Of a stretch of DNA of 64,000 nucleotides, positions 44,591 through 54,104 are shown in pieces. The first letter of the stretch is position 1, and the number at the start of each line of letters is the position of its first letter. The stretch covers positions 263,542 to 327,541 of the forward strand of contig CAVOVE010000013.1 of the NCBI GenBank assembly GCA_963699775.1. The letters run 5' to 3'. The notes below the pieces were generated by a model. The model made no database searches and was not told the DNA's origin. It saw only the letters and a program-made list of their open reading frames with translations. A program made the position numbers and the translations under genes. This DNA is from an uncultured Candidatus Rokubacteria bacterium (lineage in GTDB: Bacteria > JAUVQV01 > DATDCY01).

Positions 44591-45585
44591 TGGCTACGAC
44601 GAAGAACTCACAACCGACTCCTGGCGTCGTGACCGCTGCGGGCACCGCCCGCAGGGGCTCCGTACGAGCTCGTCAGAGCAATCTGCAGCGCGTCCTCGCC
44701 GGCGGCGCCTTCGCCGTCACCGCGGAGTGCGGCCCGCCGCGCAGCGCCGACGCCGGCGTGGTCATCCGCAAGGGGCTGCTGCTGAAGAAGTTCGTGGACG
44801 CCGTCAACGTCACCGACAACCAGACGGCGATCGTGCGCATGAGCAGCATCGCCGCCGCCGCCATCCTCAAGTCGGTCGGCGTCGAGCCGGTCTTCCAGAT
44901 GGTCTGCCGGGACCGCAACCGGATCGCGCTGCAGAGCGACCTGCTCGGCGCCTCGGCGCTCGGGCTGCGCAACATGCTCTGTCTCAGCGGCGACCACCAG
45001 AAGTTCGGCAACCAGGCGCAGGGGAAGAACGTCTTCGACATCGACTCGATGCAGCTGCTGCGCGCCGTGACCGACATGACCGAGAAGGGGCGCTTCATCG
45101 GCGACGAGTTCGCGATGGACACGCCGCCGCAGATCTTCGCCGGCGCCGCCGAGAACCCGTTCGCCGACCCCTTCGAGTACCGGGCGGCGCGCCTGGAGAA
45201 GAAGATCGAGAGCGGCGCGAAGTTCATCCAGACCCAGTGCGTCTTCAACCTCGAGAAGTTCGCGACCTGGATGAAGGAGCTCCGCAAGCGCGGGCTGCAC
45301 AAGCGCGTGCACATCCTGGCCGGCGTCACGCCGCTCAAGAGCGCGGGGATGGCCCGCTACATGCGCGACAAGGTCGCCGGAATGGACGTGCCGGACGCGG
45401 TCATCGCGCGGATGGAGAAGTTCAAGGGCGAGACGGCCCGCGCCGAGGGGATCACGATCTGCGTCGAGACGATCCAGCGGCTCCGCAAGATGGAAGGGGT
45501 CGCCGGCGTGCACATCATGGCGATCGAGTGGGAGGAAGCGGTGCCGGAGATCGTCGAGAGGGCCGGCCTGCTGCCGCGGCCGTAA
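44590..45585 (+). CDS. metF: 5,10-methylenetetrahydrofolate reductase MetF
   Basis: TAATG overlap with metV. AVTAECGPPR, DAVNVTDN, ALGLRNMLCLSGDH and AGAAENPF indicate an MTHFR TIM-barrel pattern. Confidence 0.85.
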   Translation: MATTKNSQPTPGVVTAAGTARRGSVRARQSNLQRVLAGGAFAVTAECGPPRSADAGVVIRKGLLLKKFVDAVNVTDNQTAIVRMSSIAAAAILKSVGVEPVFQMVCRDRNRIALQSDLLGASALGLRNMLCLSGDHQKFGNQAQGKNVFDIDSMQLLRAVTDMTEKGRFIGDEFAMDTPPQIFAGAAENPFADPFEYRAARLEKKIESGAKFIQTQCVFNLEKFATWMKELRKRGLHKRVHILAGVTPLKSAGMARYMRDKVAGMDVPDAVIARMEKFKGETARAEGITICVETIQRLRKMEGVAGVHIMAIEWEEAVPEIVERAGLLPRP

Positions 45586-45587
45586 CG

Positions 45588-46998
45588 ATGGCTAAGAAAT
45601 ATCACATCGCCGCCAAGGCCGCCCCGCCGCGGTTCACGATCATCGGCCGGCACGGCATCGTCGATTTCAACGAGGACTGCGCCGGCGCCTGCCACCACTG
45701 CGTCAAGAAAGAGTGCATCTACGACATCTACAAGAAGGAAGGGATCTTCACGCGGGAGATGCAGGGGGACCTGCACTACCTCTACAACTGCATGAACTGC
45801 CTGCGCTGCGTGCAGAACTGCACCCGCGGGGTCGTGACGCGGACGATCAACCCGGAGTTCCGCTGGCTGGGGGACGACTACTGGAAGCCCGAGATCCTGC
45901 TGAGCCTCTGGTACCAGTCGGAGACCGGCAAGATCCCGGTCTCCGGCGCCGGCTACCGCGGCCCGTTCTCCGGCCCCGGGTTCGACGCGATGTGGACGGA
46001 CATGTCCGAAATCGTGCGCCCGACCCGCGACGGCATCCACGGCCGCGAGTACATCAGCACCTCGGTCGACCTGGGCGCGAAGCTGCGCGACCTGGCGTTC
46101 GACGAGAAGGGGCAGATCAGCGTCGAGGTCCCCCCCGTGCACGAGCTGCCGGTGCCGTTCGTGCTGGCGAACCCGCACTTCGGCGACTTCTCGCCGCAGG
46201 TCTACGAGGCCGCCGCCCGCGCGGCGCACGAGATGGGCACGCTCTACGTGATCGATCCCGCGCTGGTCACCGGGAATCTGAAGCCGTACCGGGCGGCGCT
46301 GGCGCCGGCCGTGACGGGTGCGACCATCGCCATGAACCGCGAGCAGATCCGCGGCGCGAAGCTCGTGCAGCTGGACTTCGACGAGCAGTTCGCTCGCCGG
46401 CATCGCGGCCATCAAGGCCATCGAGCCGACTGCGGTCGTCAGCGTCAAGGCGCCGATCGACGCCGACTCCCCCGCGCTGGCCGAGCGGATGGTTCTGGCG
46501 GGCGTCGAGTCGATCACCTTCGTCGCGAACCACCACGGCCGCAGCGGCGCCTTCGGCTCCGGCGAGTTCCTCAAGGAGTCGTTCCGGCGCATCCACACCC
46601 ACCTGGTGGAGCGCGGCCTGCGCGATCTGGTGACGCTGATCGCCGCCGGCGGCATCGCCCAGGCCGAGCACATGGCCAAGATCATCATCTGCGGCGCCGA
46701 CATGGTGGTGCTGGACATCCCGTTCCTGATCGCGCTGGAGTGCCGGATGTGCCTGAACTGCACGAAGGGGCGGCCCTGCCCGGTCGACATCGCGCACGCG
46801 CCCGTCGACTTCGGGGCCCGCCGGATGACGAACCTCGGCTCCTCCTGGCACAGCCAGCTGCTGGAGGTGCTCGGGGCGATGGGCATCCGCGAGGTGCGCC
46901 GGCTGCGCGGCGAGTACGGGCGCGCGATGTTCTACGAGGACCTCGAGCGCGAGACGTTCCAGGCGCTCTTTGCCGGCGGGAAAGCGAGCAAGTCATGA
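45588..46998 (+). CDS. Fe-S protein related to glutamate synthase FMN/TIM-barrel domain 2 but lacking the AQGAKPGxGG loop (1 frame break near 46390)
   Basis: N-terminal Cys clusters CAGACHHCVKKEC and CMNCLRCVQNC. The C-terminal part, AAGGIAQAEHMAKIIICGADMVVLD...ALECRMCLNCTKGRPC, parallels the next ORF and the GltB 3Fe-4S region. It starts 2 nt after the metF stop. Confidence 0.65.
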
Positions 46999-48516
46999 GC
47001 GAGACCAAACAGGTCGTGACCGCGAAGATCACCCGGAAGGGGTCGAAGATCCCGACCCGTTTTCGCAACACCATCGGCAAGTACAAGGTCATCAGGACCG
47101 ACCGCTGCATCGGCTGCGGCAAGTGCGCGAAGCTCTGCCCCCACGGCGTGCACGTGCGATACAAGGGCTACAACCGCACGGTGCGCCCGAAGGACCACCT
47201 CTGCCGCGGTTTCCACTGCCGCGAGAACTGCGACTGCTACTGCATCGACAAGTGCCCGGTCGGCGCCCTGAGCCTGGGCCTGAACCCGGTCTACGAGTCG
47301 ATGGGAGACCCGCGCTGGACTCCCGACATGATCCTGAGCACCTGGGATCAGGCCGAGAACGGCACGATCACCAACGACACGCTCGAGACCAACCTCGGCA
47401 AATCCGGCGGCGGCTTCGACAAGCTGCGGCTCAATTTCCCGAAGGAGCCGGCCAGGAAGCTCAAGCCCTCGCAGATCGACACCCGGCTCAAGCTCAACAA
47501 GCGCAAGGGCCGGCAGGTGGTCATCGACGTGCCCTGGTACGGCGGCGGGATGTCCTACGGCTCGGTCAGCCCGGCGACGATGGTCGGCAAGGCCCACGCC
47601 GGCCGCGTCTGGAACACCTTCACCTGCACCGGCGAGGGGGGCTACCCGCCGCACCTGTTCCCGTACGACGACCACGTGATCACCCAGGTGGCCACCGGGC
47701 TCTTCGGCGTGCGCGAGGAGTCGATCCAGCGCGTCAAGATCGTCGAGTTCAAGTACGCGCAGGGCGCCAAGCCCGGCCTCGGCGGGCACCTGCTCGGCGA
47801 CAAGAACACCCCGGCCGTCGCGAAGATGCGCGAGGCGGTCGCCGGCGTGTCGCTCTTCTCGCCGTTCCCGTTCCACACCGTCTACTCGATCGAGGACCAC
47901 AAGAAGCACGTCGACTGGATCCTGGCGATGAACCCCGACGCGCTGGTCTCCTCCAAGGTCTCGACCCCGAACGACGTGGACATGGTCGCGGTCGGCAGCT
48001 ACTACGCCGGCTCGCACATCGTGCACATCGACGGCAGCTACGGCGGCACCGGCGCGGCGCCGGACATCGCGAAGAAGAACATCGCGATGCCGATCGAGTA
48101 CGCGATCCCGAAGGTCCACAACTTCCTGGCCAACGAGGGGATCCGCGACAAGGTCACGCTGATCGCCTCGCGGCGGCATCCGCAACGTGCACGACATGGT
48201 CAAGGCGATCTGCCTCGGCGCCGACGGCGTGGTCATCGGCACCGCCGAGCTGGTCGCGCTGGAGTGCATCCGCTGCGGCGCCTGCGAGAGCGGCCGGGGC
48301 TGCGCGCGCGGGATCGCGACGACCGACCTGGAGCTGAGCCTGCAGTTCGACTACGAGTGGGCCTCCCGGCGGATCGTGAATCTCTACAAGTCCTGGCACG
48401 AGCAGCTCGTGGACATCATGGTCCGCTTCGGCGTCGCGACCGTCCACGAGATGGTCGGGCGCATCGACCTGCTGCACCACGTCGACTATTCCAACCAGCG
48501 GGAGGGCGGCGAATGA
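46995..48516 (+). CDS. archaeal-type glutamate synthase FMN subunit with N-terminal ferredoxin domain (1 frame break near 48170)
   Basis: CIGCGKCAKLCPHG, CIDKCPVGAL, FKYAQGAKPGLGGHLLG, SPFPFHTVYSIEDH, IDGSYGGTGAAP and ALECIRCGACESGRGC. ATGA overlap with the preceding ORF. Confidence 0.85.
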
Positions 48517-48524
48517 ACGCCAGG

Positions 48525-48593
48525 CGGGAGGGGGTCAACCCCTCCCCTACGACGGAAAAGGTGCTACGTAGGGGAGGGGTTCATCCCCTCGCG
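48525..48593. repeat. inverted pair of family A REP-like elements
   Basis: CGGGAGGGGGTCAACCCCTCCCCTACGA (48525-48552) and its inverted counterpart TACGTAGGGGAGGGGTTCATCCCCTCGCG (48565-48593). The same unit occurs at 27975-28002. Confidence 0.65.
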
Positions 48594-48613
48594 AAACAGC
48601 CGGAGGTTCGATC

Positions 48614-50085
48614 GTGAAAACCAATTCCCCTGATCAGATTCGCAGGGTCATCGCTTCGCGCGAGCGGCTCGTACGATGGCATGCCGCCCACGTTCCAGCA
48701 CAAGGCCGAGGAGGAGGGCGGCTGCGGCGTCACCGGCTTCGCCTGCACGATCCCGGTGGCCGGGCGGCACATCTTCACGCCCTCGAAGCAGATGCACAAC
48801 CGCGGCAACGGCAAGGGCGGCGGGATCGCGGCGGTCGGCTTCGACCCGGACCAGCTCGGGATCTCGCGCGAGGTGCTCGAGTCGCACTACTGCCTGCAGA
48901 TCGCGGCGCTCGACCCGGAGTGCATCGAGGAGCTGGCAGCGAAGCACATCCGCTCCGTCTTCGACATCGCCGCCGAGTCCAAGCTCAAGACCGTCAAGAA
49001 CTGGCGGGAGCTGCCGAGCCTCGAGGTGCGGCCGCCGGACATCTTCCGCTACTTCGTCCGGGTCAAGCCGCGACGCGCTCGACGCGTTCATCAACGAGAA
49101 CGAGCTGCAGGCGATGGACCGCGAGACCGCCGAGGACGAGTTCGTCTACCAGAACTCGCTGAAGCTCAACCGCGAGTACTACGCCTCGCTCGGCGAGAAG
49201 AAGGCCTTCGTCGTCTCGCAGGGGCGCAACATGCTGGTGCTCAAGATCGTCGGCTACGCCGAGGACGTCGTGCGCTACTACTGCATGGACGACTTCAAGG
49301 CGCACGTCTGGATCGCCCACCAGCGCTACCCGACCAAGGGGCGCGTCTGGCACCCGGGCGGCGCGCACCCGTTCGTCGGACTCAACGACGCGCTGGTGCA
49401 CAACGGCGACTTCGCCAACTACCAGTCGATGGTCGACTACCTCAAGCAGCGCGGCCTGCGCACGATGTTCCTGACCGACACCGAGGTCGCGATCCTCGTC
49501 TTCGACTACCTGAGCCGGGTGCACAACTACCCGCTCGAGTACATCATCGAGGCGCTGGCGCCGACCACCGAGATGGACTTCGACCTGCTCCCCAAGGCGA
49601 AGCAGGAGATCTACCGCAAGATCCAGATCGCGCACATGCACGGCTCGCCCGACGGGCCGTGGTTCTTCATCATCGCGCGCAACAAGAAGTACGAGCGCGA
49701 GTTCCAGCTGCTCGGGATCACCGACACCGCGATGCTGCGGCCGCAGGTCTTCGCGGTCCAGGACGGCGAGGTCCAGATCGGCCTGGTCTGCTCGGAGAAG
49801 CAGGCGATCGACGCGACGCTCAAGTCCCTGGCGGCCGAGGACCCGCGCTTCTGCACCGTGGCCGACAAGTACTGGAACGCGCGCGGCGGCAGCAGCAGCA
49901 ACGGCGGCTCGTTCATCTTCAGCATCAAGGACGACCCGAACAGCCCGACCGGCAAGACGCTGACCTGCGTCGACAAGTTCGGCAACCCGGTCACGACGCC
50001 CGAGGGGCAGACGCACTGCGACGTCAGCGTGCCGGTCGCTTCCTTCTTGCCAGCGCGAAAACAAACCCCCTGGCTCCCCCTTTGA
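48614..50085 (+). CDS. class II (Ntn) glutamine amidotransferase subunit, GltB domain 1-like (2 frame breaks near 48675 and 49071)
   Basis: GGCGVTGF carries the nucleophile Cys. HQRYPTKG and VHNGDFANY parallel HQRYSTNT and AHNGEINTL of gltB. GTG 48614 has GGAGG 7 nt upstream; ATG 48681 is an alternative start. The last 8-15 codons and the stop lie inside the element at 50063-50177. Confidence 0.8.
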
Positions 50086-50177
50086 CCAAGGGAGCTCGGT
50101 TCCGTTGCTTCTCCTCGTTCAAAGGGAACTCGAACCGTCTCATCTCCCCCTTTCGCAAAGGGGGAAAGAGGGGGTTT
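50063..50177. repeat. 115-bp MITE/REP-like element with 22-bp imperfect terminal inverted repeats
   Basis: The left arm is AAACCCCCTGGCTCCCCCTTTG. The reverse complement of the right arm is AAACCCCCTCTTTCCCCCTTTG, a 19/22 match. There is an internal direct repeat CTCCCCCTTT at 50075 and 50145. Confidence 0.6.
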
Positions 50178-51421
50178 GGAGACCGAGATCAAAAGGCACC
50201 TGCAGGACCGGCACCCCCGGCAAGCTGGCCGCCGCGGCGCTGAAGAAGCTCAAGGCCTGGGACTACGACGCCCTGCGCCGCTTCTGCGCCGACCTGGTCG
50301 CGGCGGCGAACGCGAAGGACGCGCTGCGCGAGCCGGCGATCGCGACGCTGACCGCGCTGATCGACACCCCCTGCCACACCGGCGCGAAGAAGCGCGCCTC
50401 GGTACTGCAGATCCTGCACATCGCGCTGCACGAGATCTTCAACGCGCTGCCGCCGGTGGAATCAACCGTCAAGAGCAGCTACAAGCGCATCGCGTGGAAG
50501 AACCGCAAGAAACTGCGCAAGCCGGCCAAGGGCGAGAAGACCCTCGTCATCGACGCCGACGGCTTCGAGCCCGAGCTGGAGGACCGCGACTCCAGGCTGA
50601 TGGTCGACGGCTTCCGCCTCGGCTGGAAGAACTTCATCGCCTACAACCTGGTCGGGCAGCGCTTCCACGGGGTCGGCCTCGGCCCGGACACCGACGGTGT
50701 GCGCATCGACCTCTACGACAGCTCCGGCGACTACGAGGCCTCGGGCATCGACGGGCTGGAGATGCAGATCCACGGCAACGCGCAGGACCAGCTCGGCCAG
50801 ATCATGAAGGCCGGCAAGCTCGTCGTCCACGGCGACGTCGGCCAGACCTTCATGTACGGCGCCAAGGGGGGCGAGGTCTACATCCGGGGCAACGCCGCCG
50901 GCCGCCCGCTGATCAACGCCGTGGGCAAGCCGCGCGTCGTGATCAACGGCACCTGCCTCGACTACCTCGCCGAGTCCTTCATGGCCGGCAACCCGCTGCA
51001 GGGCGGCGGCTTCGTGATCCTCAACGGCCTGGAGTTCGACGACTTCGGCGGGTACGCCCCGCGCAGGCGCCCCTTCCCGGGGAGCAACCTCTTCTCGCTG
51101 GCCTCCGGCGGCGCGATCTACATCCGCGACCCCGAGCACAAGACCGTCGGCGAGCAGCTCAACGGCGGCCACTTCCACCCGCTGGCCGACGCCGACTGGG
51201 CGCTGATCAGGCCGTACCTCGTCGAGAACGAGAAGCTCTTCGGCATCAAGCTCGACGACCTGCTGACGCACAACGGCACGAAGCTCGCGCCCGGCCAGGT
51301 GTTCCGCAAGGTCGGCGCGATGAAGCCCGCCGAGGCGGTCAAGATCATCGCCGACGACGACGTGAACCTCGGCATGATCGACTCCGTCGGCAAGAAGAAG
51401 CGCAAGAAGGGCGCAGCATAG
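50176..51421 (+). CDS. GXGXG-motif subunit (GltB domain 3 / FwdC-like), start uncertain, probably 1 frame break near 50215
   Basis: GNAQDQLGQIMKAGKLVVHGDVGQTFMYGAKGGEVYIRGNAAGRPLINAVGKPRVVINGTCLDYL. The unambiguous coding frame runs from about 50225. TTG 50176 lies in the right arm of the element. Confidence 0.8.
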
Positions 51422-51446
51422 CGCCCACTCGCAACGAGCACGACCA

Positions 51447-51513
51447 GGGGACAGAATTCAAGTCTGTCCCCGGACGAAACGACAAAGCCCCGGCGGCAAC
51501 CCCCCCGGGGCTT
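51447..51513 (+). terminator. two tandem perfect 9-bp hairpins after the GXGXG gene
   Basis: GGGGACAGA-attcaag-TCTGTCCCC (51447-51471) and AAGCCCCGG-N11-CCGGGGCTT (51485-51513). The second is followed by GTTCTGT. Confidence 0.55.
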
Positions 51514-51607
51514 GTTCTGTCCGGGCGCCTCGATCCGGGAGCCCGGGCACATCTTGCCCGGCTCCGCGACGTTGCCCGTTTACCTCACGCCGTGCGCCAC
51601 ACGTTCA

Positions 51608-53878
51608 CTACTTCGTAATGCTCTTGCGCAGCACGCTGTTGGCGCTGTCGAAGCTGTAGCCGGTTTTGCTGATGCCGTTCACCGTCAGTGTGTAGGTGCC
51701 CCGGCTGCCGCTGATGCCGAACCGGGCGCTACCCTTTGAATTTGTCGTCGCGGTCTGTGTCGCCGTTCCGCCGCCGGGGATGGCCCAGGTCGTCGAGACC
51801 ACTGCGCCGGGGATGGCCGCGCCGCTGCTGCTCTTGACGACAACAGTGCCCGTCGCCGTGACCCTGCCCTTCTGCAGTGTCGCCGAGAGGTTGATCGCCG
51901 TACTGCGCATGACCTGGGTCGCAACCGGGTTCACCGTGACCATGGCCGTGTCGCCGGCGCTGGCGCCGTTGACGTAGAACACCGTCAACGTGGCGGTGTA
52001 CGTGCCGGCCGCGACGTACGTGTGGCTTGCACCCCCGGTGAACGACGGGGTGCCGTCCCCGGCGTTCAAGATGAATTGGCTGACGGGGCTGTTGTCCCCA
52101 TAGTCCAGCTGGTAAGTGCTGATGAGTGGCCCGTTCGGGTTCATCGTGGCGGAGCTGGTCAAAGTGACGACCAGAGGTGCCGTGCCGCTCGCGGGCGACG
52201 CAGTTACCAGCGGCGGCTGCTCCGGAGTGACGTTGGGACTGACGGTGATCCCGACCGCGTCGCTGACACTGGTGGCATCGGCGTAGAACACCGTCAACGT
52301 GGCTGTGTAGGAGCCGGCCGTGGCGTAGGTGTGGCTTGAAGTCTGGTTCAGGCTGAACGTCGGCGTGCCGTCTCCAAAATCAACCGTGCCGGTAATGCCG
52401 GGACTGAGGCTGTCCCCGTAGTCCAACGTGACGTAGCTCACGATGGGGCCGTTCGGGTCGCTGGTGACGGATCTCGTGAAGTTGACGGCCAGCGGCGCAG
52501 CGCCGCTTACGGGTGTTGCGGTCAGCGCCGGCTGGTAGTTGGCCGCGCCGGGAATCCGCCAGCACGTGACCAGCGCGTCGTAGCCGCCGGTGGCGCACAA
52601 GGTGCCGTTGGGAAGGGGAGTGGCCCACGCGGTCGGCAGCTTGGAGAAGGCTTCCCACTGGAGAACACCGGTCGAACTGTACCCGGCGGTCACTCCCTGC
52701 ATATAGGAGTTCCCCAATATGTCCCGGACGGGAGGTCCGCCGGTCCCGGACACCACGACGGTGCCGTCCGCAAGAGTGAAGACGGCGGCCGGCGTCTCGT
52801 CTCCGAAGACGGCGAGGTTGCGCCGGATCTGCCACTTCACTACGCCGTTGGTGTTCAAGGCCACGATCCACCAGTCGAAGTACCCTCCCGACGACGTCTG
52901 GCCAGCGACTACCAGGCTGCCGTCCGGAGCCAGGGCGACACGAGGCCCGAAGGCGCTCCCGCTTGGCGGATTGGCGTCCGTGCGCCACCAGCGGGCACCG
53001 CTCGCCCGATCGTAGGCGACCACGGTGAGAAATCCGTTGATCCCGACGTTGCCCATTCCCGTCACGTACACGGTGGTGTCATCCACGACGACGTCCAGGG
53101 CGCCGATCCCCTCTGGGGCCTGCGCCAACCATCTGCGAGCACCCGTGGACGTGTCGAACAGGGCGGTGATCCATTCAGCTCCACCGACGACCCCCCCCGT
53201 CAGCGCCACGTCGGCGCCGTCGGGGCTCAAGGCCAGCGATGTGGCGACATCGTTGGCAAAGATGCCTGTCGTGATCACCTGCGACCAGAGCAGGGCCCCG
53301 GAGCGGTTGTACTTGTGCAACTGGATGTCCTGTCCGTCTCCGATGGAATTGAAAGCCAGATACGTATTGTCCGCGCCATCCGCGATCAGCCGTGCCACCG
53401 ACGGCCTGGTTCGAGCGAGGTCCAACCGCCACCGCAGAACCCCGTCGGGTGAGTAGCGCACCATGGCCAGCCCGAAAGAATTGCCCTTCGAGTCGACGTT
53501 GGTGCCGACCGCCGCGAAATCGCCGGTCGGTGTCGCCACGACCCAATCCCCGCGAAACGTTCCTGAAACAGGGCTGACCGAGCGCTGCCACCGCAGCGCC
53601 CCGCCGGCCGTATACGACGTGACCGCCAGATTGCGCCCAAGAGCCGGCCCCGACACCACGGCAACGTTGCCCGAGCCGTCGGCGGCGATCCTGGCAGCCT
53701 GCCCGGCACTGTCGTTGCCCGCCGAGAGACCTCCGGCGGTCCACAGCGCCGGAAGGGTGGACGCTGCGACGACCGGGCTGACGGTAAATGGCTGAATCGC
53801 CAGCGATCCAACACAGGCAACCAAGCCGAAGACCCGCACCACCAAGTTCCTGATCCTGCAGTCGAGCAACCTTCTCAC
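51608..53878 (-). CDS. secreted 7-bladed beta-propeller (SBBP/PQQ-like repeats) + 2 PKD domains + C-terminal beta-sandwich protein (intact)
   Basis: GTG 53878 has GGAGG upstream. The signal peptide is VRRLLDCRIRNLVVRVFGLVACVGSLA. Seven repeats have the form xDGxGNxxVxG...Y...G.L.W. The two PKD units both carry DYGD...GDGTP..HTY..AG.YTATLTV. The tail is VVVKSSSGAAIPGAVV...GTYTLTV. Confidence 0.8.
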   Translation of the reverse strand: MRRLLDCRIRNLVVRVFGLVACVGSLAIQPFTVSPVVAASTLPALWTAGGLSAGNDSAGQAARIAADGSGNVAVVSGPALGRNLAVTSYTAGGALRWQRSVSPVSGTFRGDWVVATPTGDFAAVGTNVDSKGNSFGLAMVRYSPDGVLRWRLDLARTRPSVARLIADGADNTYLAFNSIGDGQDIQLHKYNRSGALLWSQVITTGIFANDVATSLALSPDGADVALTGGVVGGAEWITALFDTSTGARRWLAQAPEGIGALDVVVDDTTVYVTGMGNVGINGFLTVVAYDRASGARWWRTDANPPSGSAFGPRVALAPDGSLVVAGQTSSGGYFDWWIVALNTNGVVKWQIRRNLAVFGDETPAAVFTLADGTVVVSGTGGPPVRDILGNSYMQGVTAGYSSTGVLQWEAFSKLPTAWATPLPNGTLCATGGYDALVTCWRIPGAANYQPALTATPVSGAAPLAVNFTRSVTSDPNGPIVSYVTLDYGDSLSPGITGTVDFGDGTPTFSLNQTSSHTYATAGSYTATLTVFYADATSVSDAVGITVSPNVTPEQPPLVTASPASGTAPLVVTLTSSATMNPNGPLISTYQLDYGDNSPVSQFILNAGDGTPSFTGGASHTYVAAGTYTATLTVFYVNGASAGDTAMVTVNPVATQVMRSTAINLSATLQKGRVTATGTVVVKSSSGAAIPGAVVSTTWAIPGGGTATQTATTNSKGSARFGISGSRGTYTLTVNGISKTGYSFDSANSVLRKSITK
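51926..52531 (-). repeat. tandem duplication encoding the two PKD domains (about 290 bp each)
   Basis: Protein residues 555-654 and 661-756 of the long ORF align along their full length (SGAAPLAVNF/SGTAPLVVTL, SHTYATAGSYTATLTVFY/SHTYVAAGTYTATLTVFY). Confidence 0.7.
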
Positions 53879-54104
53879 GGTAGAACCCTCCTCTCCCCAG
53901 ACGCCTACCCGATTAGTGTCAGTTCGCCTATTCGATACCGTGCTGATAGTGATTCGCTTCTCTTCATTTCGCTTCAGCTGGGGACGATGCGTACAACGAG
54001 GGGACCGAACCCGTCCCTGGTTTGGCAATATATGACACTTTGTCCAACCACGCCACGATGTTTCGCTCTCCGCTCCTGCATGATGCCGGTCATGCCAAGC
54101 GATA

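Noticed and set aside
48525-48593. Possible CRISPR array, suggested by the repeated palindromic units.
   Set aside because: There are only two adjacent copies, in inverted rather than direct orientation, plus one distant copy. There are no regular spacers and no cas genes. I interpret them as REP-like elements.
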